Shown here one piece after another: positions 27,657 to 41,518 of a DNA stretch of 64,000 nt. The stretch covers positions 56,048,001-56,112,000 of the forward strand of contig NC_043010.1 of NCBI RefSeq assembly GCF_006345805.1, in the 5' to 3' direction. The notes beneath the pieces were generated by a model. It saw only the letters and a list, made by a program, of their open reading frames with translations, was not told the DNA's origin and did not search any database. Position numbers and translations under genes: made by a program. Each line of letters opens with the position of its first letter. Within the stretch, counting starts at the first letter, position 1. The stretch comes from Octopus sinensis (lineage: Eukaryota).

Positions 27657-28181
27657 TCTCTCTTACTTTGTCCTTTCTGATAATTACCGTGCACATTCTG
27701 CACCATTATTTTAGTATCGTCTGCACCCTTACTGACCATCACTGACCAAACAGTTTTTTCTACATCCGTCAACACAAACACAGGTTGTCATTCACTTCTT
27801 ATTGCAGATTTCCCGGCTGGGGGAGGCATCATTCTATTTTAAGGAAACCAGAAGACCTGTGTTCCCCAGTGTGGCATTCATTTATAACTTTTCCTGGCAG
27901 GTTGATAAGGTAGATTACGTTATTGTTTCTAGCTGACCGTGTAAAGGTTCCTTCGTTCGCTCCTATTTCTTTCTTTTTTTTTTTTAATCACATTTATAAA
28001 TATACTTTCAGTGTTCTAACGTTTGGAGACATAAATACGGATTCACCTACAATAATAGCGCACATACAGATATGCATACAGTTGGGCATAAGTGTATGCA
28101 TAAGGGTGAGCACATATGTACGTTGTATATATACAGACATTACATATACAATGTATGTGTGTGCGCGCACGTATATATATA

Positions 28182-28226
<45 letters not shown>

Positions 28227-28357
28227 TCTATATATAATTATACATATATCATATATAGACATATATATATATATATTATATATATAGATATATATATATA
28301 TATATATATATATCTACTAAGCAATAGGGTTTAGCAACGATTGCCTTACCACATATC

Positions 28358-28408
<51 letters not shown>

Positions 28409-28571
28409 CATAGATATAAATCACAGATGTGTGAATATATATATATGTGTATGTATGTATACTTGTATGTGTATACATATATGCATATATGTTTAGATTA
28501 TATATATATCTAATATATATACACACCTATACATACGTGTATGTATATATATATATATCTATATAATATAT

Positions 28572-28617
<46 letters not shown>

Positions 28618-30029
28618 TCTGTATGTGTGTCTGTATCTCTCTGTACATACGAGATGTGTGTTTGTGCGTGTGCGTGTTAATGTGAAGTCTTTAAATGAAC
28701 GTTTGAGCAGAGGAGTGATTGACTGTGAAAGAAAGGCTGAAGACTTTAGTTGTTGTTTCTACAAACTTCCATTAGTGATTGTAGGAGACAGAACAAATTA
28801 ACATTAGACACTTTGAAGTGTTCTTTCTCTAATTTTGTTATCGATCCGATAAAAGCTGATGACAAGTGGCTTCTATTTTGGCCATGGTTACACCTGGTCA
28901 AACCAGAAAATCAACCTAGACCTCACCGAACTTGCCACTTCCTCACCACCATCTGCTTTCATACAAAAATCTTTCCTATTCAGTTTTTCTCTCTCACTTT
29001 CCACTGCCATTGCCATCTCAACCCGATCATCACCACCACCATCATCATCATCATCGCAAACTTAAACTTATTGACATTCCGTCCTCCTTAACTTCTCCCC
29101 ATCCTTCCCTATCATCCACCTTTCCCATCTCCGTACTTGATCATTCGTACTGTCCTTTAATCTACCCAAAATATCTTCACTCCTCACCCGGTCCCCACCC
29201 AAGTAGACAAGAAGCAGTGTGTTCGCATATCTGTGATTGTATTACTGTTACGCATAGAAATAGAAATCGTAACCGAAACTATGTACCCCACCCCGACCCT
29301 GCTTGACGAGCAAACATTCACCAGCATCTCCTCACCTCTCTTCCTACATCAGTACCTCTACTACGATCTGCTAGAAATCGAAACCAAATCTCTCTAAAAT
29401 CACCAGTTTTTTCCCCTTACTTTCCCTGACCTCAAGTAATCCAGTTTTATTTTCATTAGGGTGGTAATTCTGATTAAAACTTTGCGAACGATCATTACAT
29501 TAATTAGGGTAGAATACATTCAAGCGTGCACTTCACAATTACTTCCTCTGCTCTACCTTCTTTCGAAGCGGCTTCCATACGGTCTCCCACCCTGCTAGAA
29601 ATAACAGCGATCCACCGTCTTTATAAAAAGGAGGAGAAATTGGATACTATCAGCTGAAAGGAGAGGATAGCTATGGCTGGAATGTCTTTGGTCATATTCT
29701 TACAGGAGCAGGGATAGCCAGGGCCTAAACAGCCACAACAAATCAACCATTGTTTGAGGGGTTGTTATTTCTGTTGGTTCGTTTTTCCTTTATCATTATT
29801 TAAGACTGCAGAACCAGGAAACACACCATCTTTGATACAACACCCTCTTTCTCTGTACCCTTCTTACAACAGTCCCTTTTACAACAACCCTATTCCTTTG
29901 TGCCCCTTCTACGGCAGACACTACCTTTCTCTCTATATCTCCACACCCACTACCACGCACATGCACGTATACAAATATGTATACATACATATTTCTACGT
30001 GCGTATATGTACGTGTGTGTATATATATT

Positions 30030-30520
30030 ATACAGCTGCTCCAATATGAAGAACATTATCAGCCGCAAAGTACACCAACAGCACCCCCTCCCGGTTGTAA
30101 CTGACGAGATCCTGAAGCTTGCTCACTTGACCAGACGTTTATGATAAACTCTATCGTCTATGAAACACAAGTCACTGCAACGCTTCGAGATGACGTAATT
30201 GAAAAGAAAAATTACATCTGTTTATGCGAGGGTAATTTTAAAAAACCACTCATCTTCTTTCCAGCACATCGACAAAAGCAAAGCCACTAAGTTGCTTAGC
30301 CATGTATGGGGTCTGAAGACCAACTGCACACCACATACAGTCCAGGGGAGAATTGTAGAAAAATCTATTCCATATGTAAATGAATTTAAGAGCTGCAACG
30401 TATGCGTAGCTGAAAGATCGCACATTCTGTTTAGATCCAAGAATTCCACCACAGTACTTAATTCCAGATTAGGAATTTTTAGCAAATGCAAGCATATGAA
30501 CAAATTTCTATTGTCGAACT
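30030..30520 (+). mobile_element. Penelope-like element GIY-YIG endonuclease remnant
   Basis: CN*RDPEACSL..SIVYETQV, then KATKLLSHVWGLK..KSCNVCVAERSHIL..LNSRLGIFSKCKHMNKFLL, typical of the PLE C-terminus. Confidence 0.8.
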
Positions 30521-30976
30521 TGCGGACACCATCATCTCCGGATGAGCAGCTGTCTCGTAGACTTTGTACCCTTTTTTGTTGAATTTTTTCTACAACTATT
30601 TAAATTATGATTCTATGGTCAAAGGCAACATAACTAATTTTCTTTTCTTTCCTTTCTTCCTCTATTATAATTCAGACATTGTCTTCTTATTCCCTTTGAG
30701 TATTAACCTTCTTCTAGTGTTTTTTCTCCATGTTTTCTCATGTACCATTGTCCTGATTTTCAAATAGAGCAAAGCATGTGCTCAGAGCTCGAAGATTGCT
30801 GAGAGACACAAGGCATGTTATCAAACTGCGTGTCTTAATGGCAAGAAACTATTAGTAACTCTTATGATATTTATCTCTTACTGGATGGAGTAAATTTTTT
30901 GTTGCTTTCATCGTAAAGAATAATTTATAAAGTGTATTGTTCCGTTAACAAGAATGGTACAGAGAGTGACGTCGCT

Positions 30977-31033
30977 GTTTTGGTCTGCTTAGCCATCATC
31001 GGAGAGTCTCATGAAGGCTAAGCAGGCCAAAAC
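30977..31033. repeat. 23-bp inverted repeat made of two degenerate, divergent hammerhead cores
   Basis: GTTTTGGTCTGCTTAGCCATCAT / ATGAAGGCTAAGCAGGCCAAAAC, 2 mismatches, 11-nt spacer. Confidence 0.7.
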
Positions 31034-31159
31034 TTCGAAGTCCTTTTCATCTCATTACTTGTTAAGCTATCTCTTCTCTAATGAATTCACTTTGTATTTT
31101 GATATACTTTGAAATCTTTTTTTATTTACTACAACTCCCATATCTCTTCCTGTATTTTT

Positions 31160-32810
31160 CGTTTTTGTTAACATTAAGGGTGGTCAATTCCCTGAACTTA
31201 GATCCAGCACCTTAACTGACATGAAACAAAATCTGCTTATTCTTTATTGATCATACATAACTAATTTTATCTGGTATCGGTCTTCCCTGCATTGTATATA
31301 TGTTTTTTAATACTTCCTTAATTTTTCAAAATTAAGACAAAGTTCTTTTTTCATCTAAAATATACTCTCCTGCATTTTCTACAACACTCTTCCATATATC
31401 TGGTAGACTTGCAAGGCTTCTCTTCCATAATTCACTTGTCTGTGACAAAAAATACTCCTCCAGTACTGGTCTGACCTTGTTTACAGAATTCATATTTTTT
31501 CTGTCCAAATGATTTTGAAGACTGTGGAATAAATGATAATCAGATGGGGCAATGTCCAGTGAATATGGTGGGTGGGGCATCATTTCCTATTCAAACTGCT
31601 CCAGACTTTGGAATGTCATCCTAGCTGTATGTGGGCCGAGTATTATCCTGATGGAAGAACACCTTTCGTCTTCAAACCAAAGATGGTCGTTTTTCTTCTA
31701 GTTCTGACTTAAGCCACTCAAGCTGCTCACAGCAGATCTCCTTTATTATCGTGTGGTTTGGGTTTAAAAGTTCAAAGTGGACTAAACTTTTCATATCTCA
31801 CCAGACAGATAACAACACCTTATGTGGGTGAAGACTTTCTTTAACCTGGGGTGCCGTGGTTTCTCCTTTCCCTATCCACTGTCTTCGGCGCTTGACATTT
31901 TTATAGAGAACCCATTTCTCGTCACCAGCCACTATTCGGCCTCCCAAAAAGGTTCATTTGTGAGACGCGACAGCAAAGAGGAGCATACATTCACTCTCTG
32001 AGGGCGAATACACTCGGAAGTTTGTGAGGAACCCATTGACCCAATTTGCTGACTTTTCCGATGGCACGCTGGTGTTGATGAATGATTGAACGACCAAATC
32101 CAAACTTCTCTGCTAGTTCCTCAACAGTTACGATGAGTTTTTGTTCCACTAGGGTTTGCAGGACGTTCGCGTCGAAGTCTACAGATCTTTCAGGACGAGG
32201 CTCGTCTTCTAGGCTGTAGTTTCCGATTCGGAATTTCTAGAACCACCGTTGACACTGGCTGATTGTCCAATTCCCTTATACTGCATTAATATTCCTCGCA
32301 CTTTCCGTTGCGTGGTTGCCTTTATTGAACTCATAAAGCAAAATATGCCGAATATGCTCCTTTGTCACTTCCATTATAGCTTTGGAAAAAATAACTGTTA
32401 AAATCGGACTGCACTCTTCAAAACTTGCACTAAGAATAAGCACAAGGTAAAATTACTACCTGCTTTTATAGCAAGTTGATGAAGGTAGTTCATCCCATCC
32501 CCACCTCCGACTTTTAGCACATGCAATTGAAAAAACTGCATTATTTATGGGGTGACCCAATATAAAGAATCAATTTTTTATGTATACTTAGAGTTGAAGA
32601 ATTGGAGTAACCACGATGTACTGGTGATCTGATGAGCTAGCCTTCTTTATCGGCATTTGATTCATAAATACACCATTGTATTGCACAATACGTAGCATGC
32701 TTATAAGTGCTGACATCTAAACATTTATTAGACACTGAAATTATTATTAGATTTTGAAGGCTGAGGATGACAAGTGGTTAAATAAAGACATTCACCTCTC
32801 GTAGCACCTG
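31160..32810 (+). mobile_element. Hammerhead-bearing pLTR-like module split by a mariner insertion (31160-31300 plus 32561-32810)
   Basis: Both halves align contiguously to the reverse complement of 51240-51630; CTGATGA at 32629-32635, but GAAA and the cleavage triplet are deleted. Confidence 0.8.
31300..32560 (-). mobile_element. Mariner transposon, decayed transposase
   Basis: ATG at 32374 (MEVTKEHIRHILLYEFNKG), VAGDEKW, HQDN and HPPYSLDIAPSDYHLF motifs; TIR TTGGGTCACCCCATAAATAATGC next to TA; opposite TIR truncated. Confidence 0.92.
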
Positions 32811-32834
32811 ACTTTTTATGCATTATATATATAT

Positions 32835-32881
<47 letters not shown>

Positions 32882-32899
32882 ATACACATATTTATACTA

Positions 32900-33295
32900 C
32901 ATTTATTTGTTTCAGTCATTTGACTGCGGCCATGTGGGAGCACCGTCTTTGGTCGAAAAAATCAACCGCAGGACTTGTTTTTCGTAAGCCTAGTACTTAT
33001 TCTATCGGCTTCTTTTGCCGAACCGCTAAGTTACGGGGACATAAACAAACCAGCACCGGTTGTCAAGCGATGGCTGGAGTACAAACACAGATACACAAAT
33101 ACATACATACATATATATATATATATGTGCGACGGGCTTCTTTCAGTTTCCATCTACCAAATCCACTCACAAGTCTTTGATCGGCCTGAGGCTATAGTAA
33201 AAGAAAACTGCCCCAGGTGCCACGCAGTGGGACTGAACCCGGAACCATATGATTGGTAAGCAAGCTACTTACCACACCGTCATTCCTGTGCCTAT
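32900..33295 (-). mobile_element. tRNA-derived SINE (family of 16388-16770)
   Basis: Reverse-complement head AGCTACTTACCACACC..CCTGTGCC, B-box region GGGACTGAACCC, tail TTTCAGTCATTTGACTGCGGCCATG. Confidence 0.75.
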
Positions 33296-34143
33296 ATGTA
33301 TATATATATATCTGCACTCACACAATCATCTTTATTCTCTTTTATATAAGATACAACACTGGAATTGATGGAATTTATATACACTGTGTTATCATTGGCA
33401 GATGTTTAGGACATTTCTCACATGAACCAGCGGGAAGATGACGAAAAGTCAACGTTGCGATGAGGTCCCGATCCTCTGTTGAAGATCCTTTGACTAACAC
33501 CATTCGTATTCGTGGGAAAGGAATGAATATCAAAACACCTTCAACCACACTTTTTCTAGGTTAAAAACTTTGGAAATATTCAGCAATGTCTTGTGACCAA
33601 CTTCACATCTTTAACAAAGCGGTGGTTTCAATCTTTTGTGTTGGATTCTTGTTTGTGTGGTACGGAGTAGGAGGATGAGAAGAAGTGAGAGGAGAGGACA
33701 GAGGAGGAGAACGATATAATATAACGATGATTATCTCTTATCATCACCACCATGGATCCTGCCTTCTCTATATCGTAATCACCGCCTTTATGATTGTCAT
33801 TAACACCACCATCGTCATCGTCATCACGATATCAGATGATAAAGCAATACCTTTAGATATGTAAATAGCCAGAGACACCTTTATAATAACATCCACTCAC
33901 CAGCGCCATCTATGTATCCCCATTTTCCCCCTCATATCATATTTATCTGATAGAACCCCAAAAGGCCATTTTGTATTTATTGAAAAATTCAATAGGGGAG
34001 GGGAAGTTATATGAGGGGAAGCTAATCAATTGCTTTGCTGAGTTCGATCTGTTCAAGGGAACATAACTCACACACTCCGCTAAATTTAATGCTAATAAGA
34101 AAGCGTGTTGTTGTAGTTGTAATTTCTCTTGTTGTTGTTGTTG

Positions 34144-34202
<59 letters not shown>

Positions 34203-34617
34203 TCAATAGCGATGTAATATCGGTGGGAGAACAAAGAAGTAATATCGTAATGCTAACTGAATTCTTTATCGAAGGAAGATTAACGAAGGAACAGCATAAT
34301 GAAAAGAGAAGGGCGATGAAAGCGCTACATTTAAGCGTCATTATCGTGGGGAGTGTCATAAAATGGTCAGAGTGAGCGAAAGTGGTGAAACTAAACAAAC
34401 TATTGTAACAGATTTGAATATTTCGAGATAATGATGCGGGTGTGCGCACTGGGAAAAATCAGTGGAGCATAATACAAAATATATATCGTTTAATGAATAT
34501 AAGATTAGATGGCAGCTACAATAAGTTTCATACTCGGATATTACAATAGTCGGACAAGCTTAGACAGCGCGTCATGTACTATCCAGCACTCATTCCGGTT
34601 CAGAATAATTGGGCCTA

Positions 34618-34997
34618 CACTTGCGTCAGAAATTAATTAGCACTTCTCAAATTTCTACATTAAATAGGTTAAATCAATTAACCTATGAGCTGTTCAAAAC
34701 GTCTTACGCGATGAGAAAACTTAGTATGGTGTGATTTCGGTCCTTGCGAGGCGCTACCTATATCTATTAAACAAAGGAAGATTTGTCTGCATCCGCGCTC
34801 CAAGTTGTTGTTGCACTGCTATGTCAACATCATAAGGCTGTAGACTCTCAAACTGCTCTGCAAACAAAGTTACGTGATCGTTCTGCGCAACAGGGAACTC
34901 GCAACAAAGCAATAGTTCGAGATATGGCCACTAAGTGACAGCACATACCTTGAGTGAAGAGCAAATCAAGGGTGCTAATTAATTTCTGACGGTAGTG
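34618..34997. mobile_element. Tc1/mariner-type MITE
   Basis: ~26-bp TIR CACTTGCGTCAGAAATTAATTAGCAC / GTGCTAATTAATTTCTGACGGTAGTG with TA on both sides. Confidence 0.85.
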
Positions 34998-35333
34998 TAT
35001 ATGATTGCAAAATCGGTACACAGCAAGCTTTACAAGCTCGTCTGACTATTGTACAATCAGAGTACGAAACTTATAATCACTCACATATAAATACTGTGAG
35101 TATGCCATCGCTGGATGGAGTCTTTTATTGTTGATCCTGTCAACAACGAAACAATACACGCACACAACATTCTCTTCTACTCTAGGCACAAGGCCCGAAA
35201 TTTTGGAGGAGGGGCCAGTCGATTAGATTGACCCTAGTACGCAACTGGTACTTAATTTATCGACCCCGAAAGGATGAAATGTCCGGTGTAACGCATCCAT
35301 ACATGCATATAAACGTACGTATGTATGTGTGTG

Positions 35334-35381
<48 letters not shown>

Positions 35382-35664
35382 AATAAAAGAAAGTAGAGAG
35401 ATAATTAAATTCATAATTAATTATTAATTATGAAATTGGACATCATCTCATATTAATTTAATTATCTCTATTTTCTTAAAAATATATATATGAACCCTGG
35501 TTTATCCAGTTACCTTACAGTTGAATATTAATTGTAATATTCAATACTTCTTGTAATAGGTAATAAACCAGTATATTCATTGGATTTTATTATTCCTTAA
35601 TGAGGTTTGCAACTTTATTTGAACTTTGTATATATATATATATATATATAATATATATATATAC

Positions 35665-35716
<52 letters not shown>

Positions 35717-35777
35717 ATATATATATTATATATATATAATATATATATTATATATATATATTATATTATATATATAT

Positions 35778-35823
<46 letters not shown>

Positions 35824-35827
<4 letters not shown>

Positions 35828-36060
35828 GGCGCAATGGCCTAGTGATTAGGGCAGCGGACTCGCGGTCGCAGGATCGCGGTTTCGATTCTCAGACCGGGCG
35901 TTGTGTGTGTTTATTGAGCGAAAACACCTAAAAGCTCTACGAGGCTCCGGCAGGGGGTGGTGATCCCTGCTGTACTCTTTCACCACAATGGCGGTGCCCC
36001 AGCATGGCCACAGCTCAAGAGCTGAAACTGGAAAAACAAAAACAAACAAACAAAAACATA
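35824..36060 (+). mobile_element. SINE with well preserved tRNA head
   Basis: A box TGGCCTAGTGA, B box GGTTTCGATTC, non-tRNA body and (AAAC)n tail. Confidence 0.85.
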
Positions 36061-39000
36061 TATATATATATGCTTTACCCCCAGCAGAAACTGTTGGAGT
36101 GAATGAAAAATGTTTCAATTTCTTTTTCTAGAACTATCGCACTACTGGGAACCTTTATTTATTTTCAGTTGGTATTTAAAGATCAAGGGGGCGTTCCGTG
36201 CCTCTACGCTGCGCATGAGTCAGGCAATGAAGGCTGAGTTAGTCTTCGTCTGCTGAATCACCCCCCGTCTCCTCCCCCTCTCATCCATAACTACTTAATT
36301 CAACTGCCGTGGTAGTTTCTTTAGCAGCTTTCTTCATTTATTTTCGTTTCCAAACCGATCTTTTGTAAGAAATAGCAGACGAAATTTGCTGCCAAAAAAC
36401 CACGTCCGCTGACATCATAATGGCGAATGAAGTTGCAAGTCAACTTTCGATTAGAGCATCATGAACCAAGTTCTGATACTTGACTTTCTTGCGTTGGTAA
36501 GAAATGTTAAGATTATCCTCCTGGGATACTGTAAGTCCAACTACAATTATTGCTTTCATGTTCTTGGATAGAAGGCCCATGTTTGGTCCAAACGATGTTC
36601 CTGCCGCTTCTCATGGAAAGAAGAGTCTACTCTTCAGATCCATCAATTTCTTTGGCTTTAGGAACCTTACCATCTCTTCTTAGTAATCTCATATCTTTAG
36701 ATGGTGGATGCCTTCTTCTCGTTGCCCTTCACATCTCTGTAGGTTTGTCCACTTGGCAATCTCCGTAAGGACCTTGTCATACTACCCCTTGTATAGACCT
36801 TCTACCATTGCCATTGGGCGTTTGATCAAAAAGTGATTCAAGGAGCAATACTTGGCATTTCTTATATATACGTGTGTGTGTGTGCGCGCGCGTTATGATA
36901 AAGGTAGCACCAAACACATTTTATAGGATGTCTCAAACTGATGGGAGAAAGGGTGGAACTTTGTCTTCAACCTAAAGACTTAACCTCAATGCTTGCCACA
37001 CAGTGGACACCACTAGATTTAATCACAACCCAGACGATGGTATTAGAGTGGTGACGTATAAAAAATACTCCGGTTATTAATGCAGGCAAACACCGTTAGC
37101 CGTTTCCATCTAAAATATGAGGACTAAGTATTCACGGTTCCTATTCGTTCAAATTTGTGACATAAAATATTGTGGTCAACTTCGAAAACGTGGGCGAAAC
37201 TATATTAAGTTAACCTTAGATATGTAAATGTTTAAAGTAGGGTAGATCAAGTATATGGTTGCTGGTGTTCGGGAACTAGTTCTTTCCAAAGATTTTATTT
37301 TGAAATGTGTCGAGGCCATAGGCGAAGTTTTGATTGTGTAATTAAGAAATCCGGTTGGCAACGTTTTGGTTTTCGATTCCATTCAGCCACGCCTCAGCTG
37401 AAAAAATGTCTAAATAAAGACCCGAAGCAACAAAACTTTGTGAGTGAAATTGGAAAACAGAAACTGGGTAGAAGCCCATCGAATAGACAGATCTTGTTAC
37501 AATACGATGAACTTAATTTCTATCCTCATTTGACACCAAATCCTGGTCCTTTGCTGCTTGTAATGTAGTCCCTTCTCTTGTAAACATTCAGACCGAATCT
37601 GGGGTTAACTGCCTCCCTTCCGCACATTAGTCAAGAAAGAAAGGATCTTTTCAATTCTGAAGCCAGGACCACAGATCTTTCTACTTAACTAAATATTCTG
37701 AAACTTCGTATGCTGATAGAGTCTAGCAAAACAAGACACAGGTTGGAACTAGTTTATTTGAGAAAAATCTATTTTATGACTTTAATCGTAGATTAAAACT
37801 GCGAATTTTAACCAATCAGATTATTTGTTTTCATGTGTAAAACTTGACTGCATTCTATTAGTGTGACGTAGAAAGCGCTTTTGTGACGTACTAACGTTCG
37901 GAAAACTGTAAACAAACACAGAACGTAACGGCAGACGAAATACGGCTACGCATTTCCCGGCGTGCTAACGTTTCTGCCAGCTCTTTGCTTTTTTAATATT
38001 AAATTTCTTGCCTTTTGCACAAATAAATACAATAAGTGAAATGAAACGCATTAGCTTAGAAACGAAATCTTGTTAGAAGCCTCGTCACTGAGATGCCACT
38101 TCTTAATAGCAAACGAAAGCAAGTACTAACAGAATAGAAACATTTTCAATTTAATACATGTGGCTTATTAACTAGTTTTAAATATTGTTATTAGAAGGTG
38201 GCTGACTATAGGATCCTGGAAACATGAGTACGTTAAATAATTAGAAGGAGATTTCACGGAGACATGCGGCTTGTTTACATTTAAGATGTTTAATACGTCA
38301 CGAAATTGGTGGTCGAGACGGAGTAAATAAAATAAAGCCGAATGACGGAATATCATTGGTTAAAATTCTAATTATTAAACAACGTTAAACTTAGAAGTTA
38401 CAATTCCGTTTTCATTCTGGTTTACAATTAAGTTTACTTTTGACACATTCTACCAGTATACGAAGTTTCAAAATTGTTTGGTTCAGTAGGAAAAATTTGA
38501 AAAAACTGGCTTCAGAATTGAAAAGATCCGAAAGAAGTTACAGGTTGAAATTTCACAGTTTTTCTCTTTCGTCAACAAATTATATTCGTAAAATGTCGGT
38601 TAGCTTTCTTTGTCTGGAGATCGCCATTCATTTACTACCATCACCAACAATTACAGGTATAAATGTGAATAGGTAGCCTGGGTATAGAAGATTGCAGGCT
38701 ATGAAGCAAAGTGTATATATTCTAAGTATGAAGATAGAGAAGGTCTGAGGTTGTGAAGTCGGGGTCTGAAAATATTCGGTTTCTCGTTGATTTTGAAAGA
38801 ACTGTCCTCGTCTTCAGGTTAGAAAACCAATAAAACTGGAGAGAGTTTTATCATTTCCCGTGCCAAACAACTCTGTCGGATCACTTGGAAGTTTTGATGG
38901 GAATGTTCCACCAATATTGTTATTTCTTGTGTCGATATACACACACACACTGAAGAGAAGAAATATTATTTATATTTATCTGAGGGTAGTCTTTCCTAGC

Positions 39001-39105
39001 AATGGCATTGTATATTATTTTAACAACTTCGTTTATCTATACATAATCACATGGGTAGTTTGTCAAATCTATCTATCTATCTATTCATTATATATACACA
39101 CACAC

Positions 39106-39136
<31 letters not shown>

Positions 39137-39174
39137 GATATATATATATATATATAATATATATATATATATAC

Positions 39175-39209
<35 letters not shown>

Positions 39210-39231
39210 TATATTACATATATATATATAC

Positions 39232-39280
<49 letters not shown>

Positions 39281-39689
39281 ATGCGCGCACACACACACGA
39301 TTGGGTGAGACGTCCGTATGAAGACTGACATAAATCCGACAGCTTCGTTGAAAAACTTACCAAACTTCCACTACTCTCCAATCGTGATGTGTGTATATAA
39401 TTAAGTTGCCTTCTTTCGGCAACCTTTACGCTAGCTGACATATCTCACACACACACACGTATACATATATACATACACTCATACATAGATATTTAATATA
39501 AATATTAAAGTTCATATATATTTACACACACACGAACGCACACACAGAGAGGGAAAGACAATCAGAGAAAGAGACAGAGAGAGGGAAAAAAACTGAGAGG
39601 AAGGTGAGATGTCTGTATATATGGATGCGTTTGTGAGCGTGTTAAAACTGTTTTATTAAAATCGTATTGTGACGGATTTCAAATCTCTA

Positions 39690-39750
<61 letters not shown>

Positions 39751-39826
39751 ATTGGCATCATCAGACCTGTATTGCCTAACAGATACTTTATATATTTAGC
39801 TAGTATTTGAAATCTATGTGTTTATA

Positions 39827-39869
<43 letters not shown>

Positions 39870-40005
39870 ACTGTACTCCTTACGCTCGCCTAAGAGTATA
39901 TATACATGTGTATGTCAGATTTCCTGCCTATCTCTCGATGTTCTCTGCCCATGTTTCTATGTGTATGTGTATGAATATATGTGTATACACTAAACCGTGT
40001 GCGTG

Positions 40006-40040
<35 letters not shown>

Positions 40041-40284
40041 ACACCAGTGTACCTCATGAATAGGTCATTTACTATAGAAAGATATACACGTGTATAGTTG
40101 TCTATGTTTGTTCACGGTTTGCTATTGTATATAATAATGTGTTTATGATGGTTGTATGTATGTATTATGTGTATTTGGATGTATATGTACACACACACAC
40201 TGCTATATATATATGTGTGTGTGTGTACATATATATATATATATACATACATATGCATGCACGCACGCACTGCTCTATATTTGT

Positions 40285-40523
<239 letters not shown>

Positions 40524-41429
40524 TGTTCCTTTATTGGCCACGGGACAAAATACAAAGTAGAACTTTTCTTTTTGGGAAGAAGAGAAGAAACATTTTTTAA
40601 AAAGTGGGTCGAATTCCGGTCAAAAGGGATCGTGGAAAAAAAGGAAGGCGATCAATAGAGATCGTGTATCACAGAAATATCAATGTAAAAAGGGAAAACA
40701 GATTAGGTTTATCCGTGGAAAGAAAAGCCTACGGAAAAGGCCACGAGAACCTTGGGCAATAGGGTCATGCAAAAAAAAAAACAACACATTACAGTAAGTG
40801 GGTCTCTTTTTTCCTTTCCTTTTTTTTTGTGTTCATAGGATTCTGCTCAAGCTGGGTCCGTTATTCACACGTGCCATCCTTGCTACATTAATCCATCTTT
40901 TTTTGAAACATTCACTAGACAAAACTTCCTTCTCTACTCTCACCTTCCTCTTCAAGTGATACTTGAAGAAGTTGATGAGAGATTCACCAGAGAGGAAAGT
41001 GTTTGTCTCTAGACCTTTTAGACGCGTCCACCATACACATTCTTTCGCCATCGCGACAAGTACGATAAAAATGGCTCTTCCTTCCCGTTTCAAGGAACGA
41101 GGCGCGACAATATTCACGATAGATTCGCTTGCTGAACTGACTCGTCCCACACGCGATAGCAGTCGTTAGACATAGGCCCACAAGTCGGAAATGGTTGGAC
41201 ATTATACGAGAGCGTGCAGAACGGTTTCGTCGCTCTGACCGCATCTCGGATAGGTCGGCCCCGTGTTTCTCGAGCCATGCCTGTAGAGCTTATCCCGAAC
41301 GGGTAGCGCTTCTCGATAGCACTGCCAGGCCAAGGATCTCTGGAAATTGTCCATAGGTCCCGGCCCGAAAGTCATCTTGAACATGCGGGCCAGGTATTCC
41401 TTGTCGACGCCCAGGTTCGCCCCAAGATC
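40524..41429 (-). mobile_element. 5'-truncated Tx1/L1-clade LINE (ORF2 C-terminal zinc-binding region + 3'UTR)
   Basis: WQCYREALPVRDKL..PRCGQSDETVLHALV*C zf-RVT-like motif, AKECVWWTR, 3'UTR ending GGCCAATAAAGGAA; (GATA)n on both sides. Confidence 0.85.

Positions 41430-41518
<89 letters not shown>

Noticed and set aside
27809-27910. Possible 102-nt plus-strand exon after TTCTTATTGCAG
   Set aside because: Weak donor site, no recognisable peptide and no partner exons
29245-29290. GTTACG/CGTAAC hairpin followed by GAAACTATGTA (similar half motifs at 13475-13520 and 23905-23935)
   Set aside because: No recognisable CTGANGA box, so at most a half-ribozyme remnant
35824-35900. tRNA gene
   Set aside because: A and B boxes are present, but there is no proper acceptor stem or terminator and it continues into a SINE body and tail
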